The notes beneath the pieces were generated by a model, which saw nothing but the letters and a program-made list of their open reading frames with translations, made no database searches and was not told where the DNA came from. Of a stretch of DNA of 64,000 nucleotides, positions 1-13,019 are shown piece after piece. Location: contig NC_068986.1 of NCBI RefSeq assembly GCF_001194135.2, positions 112,881,746-112,945,745 of the forward strand, read 5' to 3'. The stretch is from Octopus bimaculoides (taxonomy: Eukaryota). The position numbers and the translations under genes are program-made. The stretch's first letter is position 1, and every line of letters begins with the position of its first letter.

Positions 1-52
<52 letters not shown>

Positions 53-711
53 AATGTATGTATGTATAAATATATATATAATTTTTAACACAACGAAATT
101 TGAATCATAAATGTCCGGTAATTTATTGATAATTATCGACTGTCAAATATATATTTACTGTGTAAATGAGTTGTTTGTGTGACTTCAAGTAAGTTATATT
201 TTATGAGAAAATATACCATTACGAAAATATAATAAGGAGCAAATTACAATTTGTTATTGCTCAACAGGGTCAAATTACTAATGGCAATACTGAATGGTAT
301 AGCACTTGATATTGTAATATAATGCACAATTATTGTTCTATGAGTTGACCGGATGGAGCGATTGACGGTAAATTGCTGCTAACAGGAAATAACATAAACG
401 TTGATATATTTATATCACTGAAAATTGTATTAAAGTTGTAAATTTTTTAAAGTGCAACGATTATAGTGATTGTGGTCGTATGATATACCGTCACAAAAAA
501 TTAGCATTCATTCATGGTTTAATTAATTCATTGCTGTAAAGGAGAAAACTATTAGTGTATAATTGGAAATGTTTAAATAGTATTGCAAATTAATATAGAT
601 TTTTGAATAAAGTTCTTGGATTAAAAACATGAAACGAAGGGAAACCGGAACATTAATAACAAAACATATTCATCGCTATGATGTGAGTATATACACTCAA
701 ATACGCATATT

Positions 712-902
712 GGCGCAAGAAGTGGGGCTGTGTGGTAAGTAGATTGCTTACCAACTACATGATTTCTGGGTTCAGTTCTACTGCGTGGCACCTTGGGCAA
801 GTGTCTTTTACTATAGCCTTGGGCCGACCAAAGCCTTGTGAGTTGATTTGGGAGACGGAAACTGAAAGAAACTTGTCCTATATATATGTGTGTGTGTATG
901 TG

Positions 903-941
<39 letters not shown>

Positions 942-1148
942 ACGTTTGTATGTCTGTGTTTGTCCCCCAACATCATCTGACAACCGATGCTAGCGTGTTT
1001 ACGTCCTCGTTACTTAGCAGTTAAGCAAAAGAACCGGTAGAATAAATACTAGGCTTACAAAGAATAAGTCCTGGGGACGATTTGTCCGACTAAAAGCGAT
1101 GCTCCAGCATGGCCGCAAGCAAATCACAGAAACAAATAAAAGAAAGAA
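712..1148 (+). mobile_element. tRNA-headed SINE, family A (full length, internal (TG)n)
   Basis: Degenerate Pol III A/B-box head (GGCGCAAGAAGTGGGGCTGTGTGGT...GGGTTCAGTTCTACTGCG), body ACTATAGCCTTGGGCCGACCAAAGCCTTGTGAG, internal TG tract, tail AGAATAAATACTAGGCTTACAAAGAATAAGTCCTGGGG...GCTCCAGCATGGCCGCA. Collinear with the copy at 59508-60000. Confidence 0.85.
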
Positions 1149-1788
1149 AGAATATACGTATATATCTATTCAATGGTGATTTGGATCAGTCATAAATTAC
1201 TTAGAGCTTCGTCTATATCAGATTCGTTGAAATCACCATAAGTCCCGAAGGAAATGTAAATGACTTCTAGGTATTTAAACATGCACTGGTATCTTTAAGG
1301 AGTGTGTTATTTATGGCCTCATGCAACATGATTCTATTGGTGAAGATTGGATGATTGCAATGCTTTGAAGGCATTCTGCAGGAACGTATTCACCAACAGC
1401 GGGTATTACATTACGGTGGGGACATAGAAAGATAGTCAGGAAGGAGGCGCCACCTACTCAGTGACTCTTCATTCTTTAGAGTGTGGCACGTTGTTGAGAA
1501 CATTTGGAACGGAGATGTAACGAAATTGATACTATTATTAATGGAGAGTAGGGATTTAATAATTGTTTTATTATTAACAATGACCAATTTGTTGTGAACA
1601 ATAAACAATTACTAATTTCGAAGTCACCATTTTCTTTTCTTCTAAATGGTTATAAAATATATGCTTTACACGTATCGATTGTTTTAAGGAAATTCATTCC
1701 TTAAAATTCTAGGTGTTGAACCAGTGTTTCTTATCCCTTCATGAGGTTGACATATCCTCTAATTATATATATGTATGTATATATATAT

Positions 1789-1834
<46 letters not shown>

Positions 1835-2241
1835 ACACACACACACACACACGCACACACACACACAAACACACACACTTTCGTGTATACATGCATATCT
1901 ATTTTATCAATAGATGCCTGTATTTGTGTGTGTCACACACAAATAAAAAATATATATGTATATAAAAACATATATGTCTGTGTGTACGGCAAACCTGCGT
2001 TCCCTTGTATTTTGTGTGTACAGTATAACGATTACGTTGCAAGTATGTGCATAATAAAATAATGAATAGCAGGATATCGTAAATAGTTTATGATTCTGCG
2101 TTTATCAGTTGCAAGAGATTCAATTCTTGTTATAGCAACGTTGCTAATGTCAGTGTAATGTGTTGGGATAAACGACAAAATTATTCATGTTAGTGTTTCA
2201 TAATGTGAGATGTGTTATACCACTTAGTTGTTGCATACTAA

Positions 2242-2284
<43 letters not shown>

Positions 2285-2555
2285 ACTCCCTCACATTCTC
2301 TCCATTTCTCTCCGGCTTTTTTCCCTTCTGTCTCTCTCTCCCTTTCTTTATCTCTCTATTCATCTTTCTCTCTTTTCCGCACATACTCACGGACACAATT
2401 GCAGAAACACAAATATTTAGGTCTGTCTGGTTGCCTGCCTAGCTACCCACATATCTATCTATCTATCTATCACAAAATATAGATTGAAACCGTTTAAAGC
2501 GGTGCTCCAGTATGGGTGAAGTGAAATGACTAAACGTGTACAGCAATAAAAGCAC

Positions 2556-2626
<71 letters not shown>

Positions 2627-2635
2627 CATATACAA

Positions 2636-2741
2636 AGAGAAAGAGAGAGTGAGAGAGAAAGAGAGAGTGAGAGAGAAAGAGAGAGAAAGAGAGAGTGAGA
2701 GAGAAAGAGAGAATGAGAGAGAAAGAGAGAGTGAGAGAGAG
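2636..2741. repeat. (GA)-rich compound repeat, GAGAGAGTGAGAGAGAAA-like units
   Basis: Read directly from the sequence; abuts the end of a family C SINE. Confidence 0.85.
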
Positions 2742-2880
2742 CACTCCGTCGGTTACGACGACGAGGGCCCCAGCTGATGCGATCAACAGAAGAGCTTGCT
2801 CGTGAAATAAACGTGCAAATGACCGGGAACTCTACAGACACGTGTTCTAAGGGATATTCAGTATGACACAGAGTGTGAAA
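2742..2880 (-). mobile_element. SINE family C, 3' fragment
   Basis: CACTCCGTCGGTTACGACGACGAGGG...CAGCTGATGCGATCAAC...ACAGAGTGTGA matches 16699-16850 and 62297-62440. Confidence 0.8.
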
Positions 2881-3623
2881 AATTGTACATATATACATAC
2901 ATATATATGATTGTTAAAGAGAGCAACAATTATTAAGACAAGGAAAGCATCTCAACTCGTATACTTACCTAGCATACCTAATCGTTTAGATCACCTGTGA
3001 ACTAAAACCCACACTTTGTAAACACACACACACACACACACAGACGTGTATATTTCTGGAAAAATTACTAAATATCAAGTAAACTAGTCAGGAGTGGTAG
3101 GTTAGTTAAATGAATATATCTCGTGGATCCAGAATCTTTTATCCATCAGCTAATGATTCTTTTCCCGCTTTACCAAATTTAATCATGTTGTTTCCATGCA
3201 AAACATATCCTTTGGCATTTCTTCTAATTTTAACTATTGTCAAATACCAATTAAAGTTTAATTGCTAACGAGTAAATACACGGTCTAATTCGAAAATTAT
3301 TAAAGAAATTTGTATCCGGCATTTAGTGCACACGGACAAAAATATTGTAATTTCTAGATTTTAATATATTTATAATGGATACGTTAGAAATACGAAAATA
3401 CGTAAACATCCAATTAAATGCCCCTGTTTTTATTTCTCGCTTTCTAGCAATTTTTTGCTGGTTTTCTTCAAGGAGAATGCAGTACAAGTGTGCGGATCCC
3501 AATGTTTGTGCCGATTATATTTTAGATATGTACACATTTGTTATGTGGTTGCCTTCATTTTTGTTAAATAAACGGAAACATAGATCCATATACGAGTAGA
3601 AAAGAAATACAGACACAGACACA

Positions 3624-3689
<66 letters not shown>

Positions 3690-4449
3690 NNNNNNNNNNN
3701 NNNNNNNNNNNNNNNNNNNNNNNNNNNNNNNNNNNNNNNNNNNNNNNNNNNNNNNNNNNNNNNNNNNNNNNNNNNNNNNNNNNNNNNNNNNNNNNNNNNN
3801 NNNNNNNNNNNNNNNNNNNNNNNNNNNNNNNNNNNNNNNNNNNNNNNNNNNNNNNNNNNNNNNNNNNNNNNNNNNNNNNNNNNNNNNNNNNNNNNNNNNN
3901 NNNNNNNNNNNNNNNNNNNNNNNNNNNNNNNNNNNNNNNNNNNNNNNNNNNNNNNNNNNNNNNNNNNNNNNNNNNNNNNNNNNNNNNNNNNNNNNNNNNN
4001 NNNNNNNNNNNNNNNNNNNNNNNNNNNNNNNNNNNNNNNNNNNNNNNNNNNNNNNNNNNNNNNNNNNNNNNNNNNNNNNNNNNNNNNNNNNNNNNNNNNN
4101 NNNNNNNNNNNNNNNNNNNNNNNNNNNNNNNNNNNNNNNNNNNNNNNNNNNNNNNNNNNNNNNNNNNNNNNNNNNNNNNNNNNNNNNNNNNNNNNNNNNN
4201 NNNNNNNNNNNNNNNNNNNNNNNNNNNNNNNNNNNNNNNNNNNNNNNNNNNNNNNNNNNNNNNNNNNNNNNNNNNNNNNNNNNNNNNNNNNNNNNNNNNN
4301 NNNNNNNNNNNNNNNNNNNNNNNNNNNNNNNNNNNNNNNNNNNNNNNNNNNNNNNNNNNNNNNNNNNNNNNNNNNNNNNNNNNNNNNNNNNNNNNNNNNN
4401 NNNNNNNNNNNNNNNNNNNNNNNNNNNNNNNNNNNNNNNNNNNNNNNNN
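3690..4449. other. Assembly gap (N run), preceded by (CA)n
   Basis: N run. Other gaps are at about 7895-8106, 10012-10170, 15419-15428, 18103-18193, 21344-21387, 25506-25591, 34044-34281, 42838-42973, 53112-53296, 54934-55278, 58708-58824 and 60023-61020. Confidence 0.99.
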
Positions 4450-4585
4450 CAGCTGGAGGAGATGTCCTCCTGGGGCTAAAAGCAACAGTAACATCCACCC
4501 CTAGGGGTCAGCCACACTTAAGTGGCAATATACTACACTTTATCGTGCAGTTACTGTTAATACTTCATATAGAGAATTAACATTG

Positions 4586-4616
<31 letters not shown>

Positions 4617-5699
4617 ATATATATACACGCACACATACACATACACACATTTATATTTGTACAGATTTTATATATTAAGAAAAAGAAGGTAGTCAGAACT
4701 TTGGATAATTATTCATCTAATGATTTCATCTGGTTTCAGAAATTAATCAGGAATGATATTTTAGAGAAAAATTATGAATAAAATTTCTACCGTTCTACTA
4801 TCCCAGAAATAGACATTTTCTTTCCTTTCTCTTTTTTCCTTCTTCGCTTCATACAACCAACCCCCTAAATTTAGGGCATCATACTTACACATTAGATAGC
4901 TTTAGATGTTTCATAGAAAATTCTTATGAAGAAATGAGATAATGTTACGTCGGACAAATAACCTCAATCCGCCCCATATTCGAATGTGAAGGATATATAG
5001 TGTCACAAATTACTTGTTTTACAAACAAACCATAAACATATACAGAACGAATTCTACAAGAATCACATTTGTCATGTTAAATGTACAAGTCACTCAGAGA
5101 GATACATAGGATGGAGTATCGAATGTGGTGCTGTTGGCTCGTTTTCTAGAAGGAACACTTTAACCTCCATGGAAACATAGCTTACAATCATAGGAAACGA
5201 TGATACCTCGATAATGCACTCATTCATACCCGTTAAAACTGACATTTCACAGCTGCTTGTCATTAATCATGTCTCTCTGGGCAACCAGGGTGGCCTCAAA
5301 AAAAAAAAAAAGAAAAACAGAAAATAAAAATCAAAAACAACAACGTCACAAAAGAAAACGTTTCACTCAATGAGGAAGCAATAGCGGTCACATCTCGTTC
5401 AAGTCACCCAGCACCGAGAATAAATTAAAAGAACTTTAAAAGAAAAACATCTAGATAATAAAACGGACGAAATAATGAAATCTTTATTATGAAATCACCC
5501 CAAATATATTTTCCTCTTCTTGTCCTTCTCTCTCTCTCTCTCTCTTTCCTACGTGCGTCTTCCCCACTTCTCTCTCTCCACTATATTTCAAACACTAATA
5601 TTTCATTTTACTGAGCTTAATTTATGCAATTCTAATTAATCATTATTTTTCGCTTTAGTTTACTTAAAAAGGACTGAAAACCCATCTTAACAACACCAA

Positions 5700-5798
5700 C
5701 AATAATTTCAATTATTATTAATTCTATTATTATTATTATTTTATTATTATTATTAACATTATTATTATCATCATCATCATTATTACTAGTATTACTAT

Positions 5799-5852
<54 letters not shown>

Positions 5853-5884
5853 CAGCAGCAGCAGCATCAGCAGCAGCAGTAGTG

Positions 5885-5917
<33 letters not shown>

Positions 5918-6175
5918 TCAGCAGTAGTAGTAGTAGTAGTAATGACTGCATTAGTCGTCCTATTTTATTCAAAAGAATTGTTTTATTCCTTAGTTTGAAT
6001 TTCTTGTTTTGCGTGATTGAGTTTTTCGAAAGCAAAAACAAAAGAAAGCGAAAAAAAAAAAAAGAGGAAATGCAACGGCGATTTGCTTTCTCTATTTTCT
6101 TTTCTCCTCCTATTCATCATCATCATAATCATCACTTCACCATCATCACCACGACCACCACTATCAACAGTACAC

Positions 6176-6207
<32 letters not shown>

Positions 6208-6245
6208 TTATCATCATCATCATCATCATCACCATCATCGTTTTC
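5700..6245. repeat. Compound trinucleotide microsatellite cluster (TAT/CAT/TAG/CAG, then CAT)
   Basis: Read directly; it explains the poly-L/poly-S/poly-H ORFs. Confidence 0.95.
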
Positions 6246-7018
6246 ATCAATGATTCTTTTGCTTTTCCCCTCGCACCCCTTTCTTTTGCAACGGTAGGAG
6301 AAATACCGAAACTGGATCTAAATAAAAACCCGGTACTTTTTACTTTCGCTGATAAAGAACAGTGAAACGTTAATTAATATATCTATAATAGCGATTGGGT
6401 GCAACAAAGTGGCAAGGAAATGAAATTTGGCAGAGCAAATGTGGAATCTAAAGGCGGATAAATCAGATAAGAACGCCAGAGAAGAAAGTGACGAGTGAAT
6501 AGTTGAATGGTGTATTCTAATGATAGTTCTGGCATTGGTGTTGCATTCGGTATCAAAGAGAACCAGATAATGGTTTACATATTACAAAAATCAGTAGCAA
6601 TCGCGGCTTTATTGGATTTCATTGCGGTCTGGGATAGGAAGATAGAATTAAAGGAGTGTTGCTGTTATTGATGTCGTAACAATGCTTGTTGCTGTACTAG
6701 CTGTTGTTGCTGTAGTTGTTGTTTATGTCGTGGTGGCGGTTGTAGTAGCAGTGGTACATTTTTTTTTCATTTGTTTATGTCATCGCATTGTGCAGGGTAT
6801 TTATGAGAGTTTATGTGTGTGCACAAGTGTATATACATGTGTAGGTGTTGAGGTGAACGTGGGTGCGTTCGCTAACGCATGAGAATACACAGCACGCACG
6901 GGTCTCTTTCAGAATAGAGGTGCGGGTCTTTTTGAACACGTCTATATGTATGTTTACGCATGCGGTTACACATGTATATGTGCATGTGTATGAGTGCCTA
7001 CATATATATATATGTATG

Positions 7019-7078
<60 letters not shown>

Positions 7079-7094
7079 CATATATATACACACA

Positions 7095-7149
<55 letters not shown>

Positions 7150-7791
7150 TCACACACATAGATAGTACATTGCATGCATACATACAAACATACATATATG
7201 CACACATACTGACATTCATGTACGCATAAAATACTCGTTCCTTCTCACGAGCGCATGCAATGCACGCACTAAAAGGCGCACACGCACAGACGCGTGTACG
7301 TGTGTCGATATCTGTGCAGCTCATACGTGTGTGCGTGTGCACGTGGTTATGTATCTATATGTGGTCGTGTGGGTGCGTGTATGTATTAACATGTTTGTGA
7401 ACGCATACGTGCATATGCATGCGCAAACCTTTCGCTATGTGATTCGTCCATAGCATTTGTATGAGTGTATGTGCTGTTATAAGTATGGAGATGTGCGTAT
7501 CGGTGAGTAAATGTGTATGTGAGGAAACCAATCGTTTAGGATGGAAATTCTGATAAAAAGAAATAGAAATGGAAAGATGAATGGAGTTATCAGCAAATTA
7601 TTACGGAAGTGAGATGAGAATGACTCTTAAGAACGGGGTGAAGGTTAACAGTGAGGTATGCGTAGTTAATTATATTTTCTAAAAGACGGAGAAGCAGTGG
7701 GAGTGGGGGTGGGGTGGGGGTGCTGGCAGAAGAAAGACGAAATACGAGTGAAGAAAATGAGTTAGGATAATTGAGATAGGAAACCTTATCC

Positions 7792-7824
<33 letters not shown>

Positions 7825-8106
7825 GTATTAATAATAATATTAATAATAATAATAACAATAATAATAATAACGACAATAACAGCAACAACAATAANNNNNN
7901 NNNNNNNNNNNNNNNNNNNNNNNNNNNNNNNNNNNNNNNNNNNNNNNNNNNNNNNNNNNNNNNNNNNNNNNNNNNNNNNNNNNNNNNNNNNNNNNNNNNN
8001 NNNNNNNNNNNNNNNNNNNNNNNNNNNNNNNNNNNNNNNNNNNNNNNNNNNNNNNNNNNNNNNNNNNNNNNNNNNNNNNNNNNNNNNNNNNNNNNNNNNN
8101 NNNNNN

Positions 8107-8160
<54 letters not shown>

Positions 8161-8171
8161 GTAATAAGAAC

Positions 8172-8228
<57 letters not shown>

Positions 8229-8260
8229 AATAATGATAATAATAATAATAATAATAATAG
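7792..8260. repeat. (TAA)n microsatellite spanning a gap
   Basis: Read directly from the sequence. Confidence 0.95.
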
Positions 8261-8560
8261 GGGGAAAAATTGAAAGGGTATCTCATATCTGTCTGTGTGA
8301 TATTTGCAGAGTAAGCTTTTTCGGTTTTTGCAAAATATGAAATCGGAGAATCATCGATGTCAGTGATGGAGTGTTACTAAATCTCAGGGTGAAAATCGCA
8401 ACCCATTTTTTTTTTAATTATTATTATTATTGCTGTTAATCCTCAGGTCAACTTTGATGGAGCAGAGTTACCATGAACAGGGGTTCAGCACTGACTCAGC
8501 TGTTTTTCTTTCTCTGTGTCTATGATATCTTACAGGTATTCCAATATTTATGATGGTTAA

Positions 8561-8779
8561 GGCGGCGAGCTGGCTGAAACGATAGCACGCCGGGCGAAAT
8601 GCTTAACAGTATCTCGTCTGTATTTACGTTCTGAGTTCAAATTCCGCTGAGGTCGACTTTGTCTTTCATCCCTTTCGGGCTCGATAAATTAAGTACCAGT
8701 TGTGTACTGGGGTGAATCTAATCGACTGGCCCCGTCACCCAAAATTTCAGGCCTTGTGCCTAGAGTAGGAAAGAATATT
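8561..8779 (+). mobile_element. tRNA-headed SINE, family B
   Basis: GGCGGCGAGCTGGC..AAACGATAGCACGCCGGGCG head, B-box-like GAGTTCAAATTCC, central GTCTTTCATCCCTTTCGGGCTCGATAAATTAAGTACCAGT block shared with at least 6 other copies here. Confidence 0.85.
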
Positions 8780-8860
8780 TGCGAGGGTTGCCCTTCGCTT
8801 AGAGGAAATATGACTGCTATTTCTATAAAGATGGTTGATCACTTGTTGATTTCTGAATTC

Positions 8861-9370
8861 ATAAGTATCGATTAACTATCATATATATTGATTAGGTGTA
8901 CAATTTATTGAGTAACAGTGTATTTCATTGATTAGATACGTCACATATTGATTAGATGCGCATTGTATCGAGTACTTGTTGAATATATTGCTTACTTGCT
9001 CAATGTATTGATAAGCTGTGCAATGTATTGATTAAGTGTACAATGCATTGATTTCTTGTGTAATTTATTGATTAGCTGTACAATGTGTTGATTAGCTGTG
9101 CTGTGTATTGATCACTTCTGAAATGTATTGATTAACTATGAAATGATTTAAAAACCTGTGCTAGGTATTGATTATCAACGCAGTATATTGATTATCTGTG
9201 CAAAGTATCGATTATTTGCACAATGTTTTGATTTGCTTCCCTATGTATTGAATACATGTACAATCTATTGATCAGTAATGCAAAATTATGACCATCTGTG
9301 CAAATGTTTTGATTGCCTGTACAAATATATTGATAGCTTGTGCAACATTTGTGATTCGCCCTTTGACAAA
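8861..9370. repeat. Degenerate 20-bp minisatellite, consensus about CAATGTATTGATTAGCTGTG
   Basis: The ATTG/ATCG core or a close variant recurs at exact 20-nt spacing from 8867 to 9287 (22 units); about 3 further slipped units follow. Confidence 0.9.
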
Positions 9371-10257
9371 TGTGGGAAAATCAGTGACAGATTGCCAGGT
9401 ATCATCCTTCTAGATTTAAGTCACTCATCTTCTCTCACAATCAATTGTTCAGCTCCCATCAGTAAATGTATGTGAACCAGAGAGAAAAAACTTATGTCGT
9501 CAGTCTATTTCCTGGAACCAGAAGGACAAGCTGTCTTAGATTACATATTTGTGTCATTAGGATAAAATCGCTCTTTAGGTAACCCTGTAGTTCTTTATAG
9601 AAACAACTACAACAATAACAATTCGATGACAACATTTGTAACTAATTTGAATATAAGTCTACATAATCAGGACTCAATTATAGCTCAGCATCAACCGCAA
9701 CTTGAGGGTTTGCACGTTATACTTGACCTACTACAAAGAAAGGAGATCAGACTGAACTAATATGACACTGAATATAATATTCATGAATCTAAGCTGGATT
9801 AGTCACGATTGGATTGCCTTTGAACAAAGGTCTACTTCATCAGACATGGCTTCGGGATAAAAACAGCAACAGCAACAATAACATCAAAACATGAATCTAA
9901 ATACTGTCGCTGCATATTTACATAAAAATAATCGGCGTCTTTTATATATTTGTATTCTTCTAATTCTAACAAATTGGAAACATCTGGTAAGAAATGAAAT
10001 AACACACACACNNNNNNNNNNNNNNNNNNNNNNNNNNNNNNNNNNNNNNNNNNNNNNNNNNNNNNNNNNNNNNNNNNNNNNNNNNNNNNNNNNNNNNNNN
10101 NNNNNNNNNNNNNNNNNNNNNNNNNNNNNNNNNNNNNNNNNNNNNNNNNNNNNNNNNNNNNNNNNNNNNNATATATATATATATATATACATATACGAGT
10201 AAAACAAATTTTTTGGAAAAAGTAATTCAACAAGTCTTCTACGCCGAAATCCATACT

Positions 10258-10730
10258 GGTGCTTGTCGCAGTAATACAGTCACAGACTCGGAAACTAACT
10301 GGTATTTCTCTTACTGGTCATAGATCTGTTTAGGACCAGTGCAACCTTGTGCGATACATTTGTAGAGCGAAATACTAGAGAGACTGCGTTATAATGGACT
10401 TCGAATTATTTAGTGCCTCTAAAAATGTCAACCATCCCTAACTGGAAGGTGTCTTTAACATAGCAACTACTTTTTCATCTGACATAAGATGTTGCATCAA
10501 TAAAACACACAAATGGAATCCGTTCAGATGTAAACTACCAACTGTGGTAACAATTTCTGTTTGTATGTGAAGTCTAGTAATAATGTCTCTTCACATCTTT
10601 TCTCTAAAATTTACCGTTCGAAGTGTCATTATGTAGACATAAAGCATTGTGGGGAATCCTGTTCTAGCTTGGACACAAGATAAACTCATCTGCATACAAG
10701 GGTGACGTTACCTTTATCATTATTATCATT
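10258..10730 (+). pseudogene. Decayed L1/Tx1-like non-LTR reverse transcriptase fragment
   Basis: Manual translation LLVAVIQSQT...GHRSV*DQCNLVRYI...DCVIMDFELFSASKNVNHP*LEGVF resembles the L1-clade GRSIxD / DxxKAFDxVxH motifs. It ends in SAYKGDVTFII, the YADD equivalent. Stops and frameshifts are present. Confidence 0.55.
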
Positions 10731-10732
10731 AA

Positions 10733-10950
10733 GGCGGTGAGCTGGCAAACTTGTTAGCACGCCGGGCGAAATTCTTAGTGGTATTTGGTCTGCCGTTACG
10801 TTCTGAGTTCAAATTCCGCCGAGGTGGACTTTGCCTTTCATCCCTTCGGGGTCGATTACATAAGTACCAGTTACGCACTGGGACCGATATAATCGACTAG
10901 TCCCCTTCCCTCAAACTTTTCAAAGTCTCGTGCTTCAAATAAATATAATT
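10733..10950 (+). mobile_element. SINE family B
   Basis: GGCGGTGAGCTGGCAAACTTGTTAGCACGCCGGGCG...GAGTTCAAATTCCGCCGAGG...GCCTTTCATCCCTTCGGGGTCGATTACATAAGTACCAG. Confidence 0.85.
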
Positions 10951-10971
10951 ATCATGATTGACACATCAAAA

Positions 10972-11100
10972 GGGACGAGGTGGTAGACTCGATAACAAAT
11001 GGACAATATTTTTAGAGGTGTTTTTCTTACGGCTTTGAGTTCAAATAGCGGCAACGTCAAATTTGCCTTTCATCCTTTTGCGTCGACAAAGCAAAGTTTC
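10972..11100 (+). mobile_element. SINE family B, old degenerate copy
   Basis: GAGTTCAAATAGCGGC...TTTGCCTTTCATCCTTTTGCGTCGACAAAGCAAAG aligns by eye to family B. Confidence 0.6.
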
Positions 11101-13019
11101 CAACAGAATTCTATGGATAAGTAATCTCAGTCAGAAGCATCATTAAAGGTAAGTACCGTAAAATAAAAGGAGTACACATTAACCGATAGAGTTAGTTGTA
11201 GGCTTCAAACTATCTACGTGGACCGTCATGTCCATGTAGGGTAGTAACTTCCGTTGTTCCACCAGAGATTCAATTAAGTTATTTGGTGCCACGGTGGGGG
11301 CAGGAAAAGAAAACCACCTTGTGGTTCAGAGCATTGAGACATTTCAAACAGAAATGGACTGAGAAGATCTTTAAACACTGAATTGAATTGGATAACATAT
11401 GCCACCCTTCAGTAATTCATAAAACCTTACCACCATGGGTTCGTTTGTAAAACAACTGACGATATTGAAACGTAGGATCTTTTGCTTTTTATGGAAGAGT
11501 GAGTTCCTCCTTATCAAGATTTCCATTTCCTGACAACATCTTTTCCAGGATTTTGAGATGACATGGCTGTAAGGAGATTAGTGTACGTCTGAGCGGTGAT
11601 AGTTTTGGAGCGATGTCGATCGTTCATGAGAGGCTTTTAGAAGTTTATTCTGAATACAATTCTTAGACAATTTCTTACAGTTTTAGGTTTTGCTGTACTG
11701 CATGTGGTATTGTCTTTCCGAAACCAGGTACAGTATCGTCAACAATCGTAGCCGCTAAGGACAAATGCTAGATAACAACTCCGCCAGGCACCCAGACTTT
11801 AGGAGTGTACGCATTGATGATATATTGGTATATTTTGAACAGCACTAATTACATCCGCGAAAGAGTAATTTCTTCCTTATGATAAATAAGATGAGAGAAG
11901 AATTGTTTGAGAAAACAACCTTTCAAATTAAATCCTAAGGAAATGTATCATTAGTGGAAGAAGGTAATATAAATGAAGGAAGTGCTCCATTAAAGAAAAT
12001 ATATGGAAGTTTGCCGAAAGCGTTCAACTAGGCGTGAATAAATGGGTTTAGAATAAATCAGCGTCTATAGGATATCAGAACGGTTCGGAGAGGTAACTTA
12101 ACTTTGATACGCAATGGTAGTCATAGTTTGTGTGAAGGGTACCTCAAATCATATTGTGTGGTTTTTCCTTCGTCCATTTCTGGATCTTTAATTCTCTATT
12201 TTATATATGTTATAAGATTAGTAAATTAATATCATTAGTATGCAATGATATCTAAACGCTATTGTATTATGTTCATTGTTAATCTCACAATTCTATTTCA
12301 CGGGAATCCTGCGCACTTTCTTGTTCATTCGGGTTGAAAAGCCATAAGACGTGTGGCCTGAACCTCCTGGAAAGAAACCATGGCGAGGATCATTCCAGAG
12401 TTGAATCCGAACTGCCCCAAAAAGTGAAGAACCTAAAAATTAAATGGTCGAAAGCAAATGATGCAGTGCGCTATAAAACATTCGCCGGTAATGTAGCAAG
12501 AATGACCACCAAATTCAAAGGGGACGTTGGCAGAATGGTCATTCGTCAGCTGGCACTCGTTGACGCTGCATCGAAGAGGCCACGGAACAGAGGAAAGGAG
12601 AAAGAAGAAATGCACTCAACACCAGAGCTGAAGACACCTTCGAAAAAGGCGGGGCCCCGGCACGTTGAAAACGGTATTGGAGTAGGGGCCGAAACAGGAC
12701 ATGGTTCCTCCTGATGATGTTTTTAGCCACTGGATCCTATAAAGAAGCTGTTGAGGTAGCAACCCATGAAACGCGGTTGGAATTCCATTCCTTTGTAATT
12801 CGTTCTATTACTCTCCTCGAAAGGCTTGGAGTCCTTTAGCTTATGAAATTAGTAATCATCATCTGACCGAATCAGTGGAGAGTCACAGAGAATGCTTTCC
12901 ATATTTGTTATCATTTTTTTACAAAAAGATTAACATTCCGCCAATGTCAACTTCAGGTTTCAACCGTCTTGGGTTTGTCAGAATAATATACAACTCCAAC
13001 GCTCTCTGATTTCGAATCC

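Noticed and set aside
2955-3000. Minus-strand CAG...TAG|GTAAGT 26-bp micro-exon
   Set aside because: Stops in all three frames.
8861-9370. CRISPR-like reading of the periodic array
   Set aside because: Eukaryotic context, 20-bp units with no unique spacers of CRISPR size, and no cas genes.
11200-12100. Possible continuation of the L1-like ORF (+) or a zinc-knuckle-like CLKC...FFSCP (-)
   Set aside because: Weak, mutually incompatible readings on the two strands.
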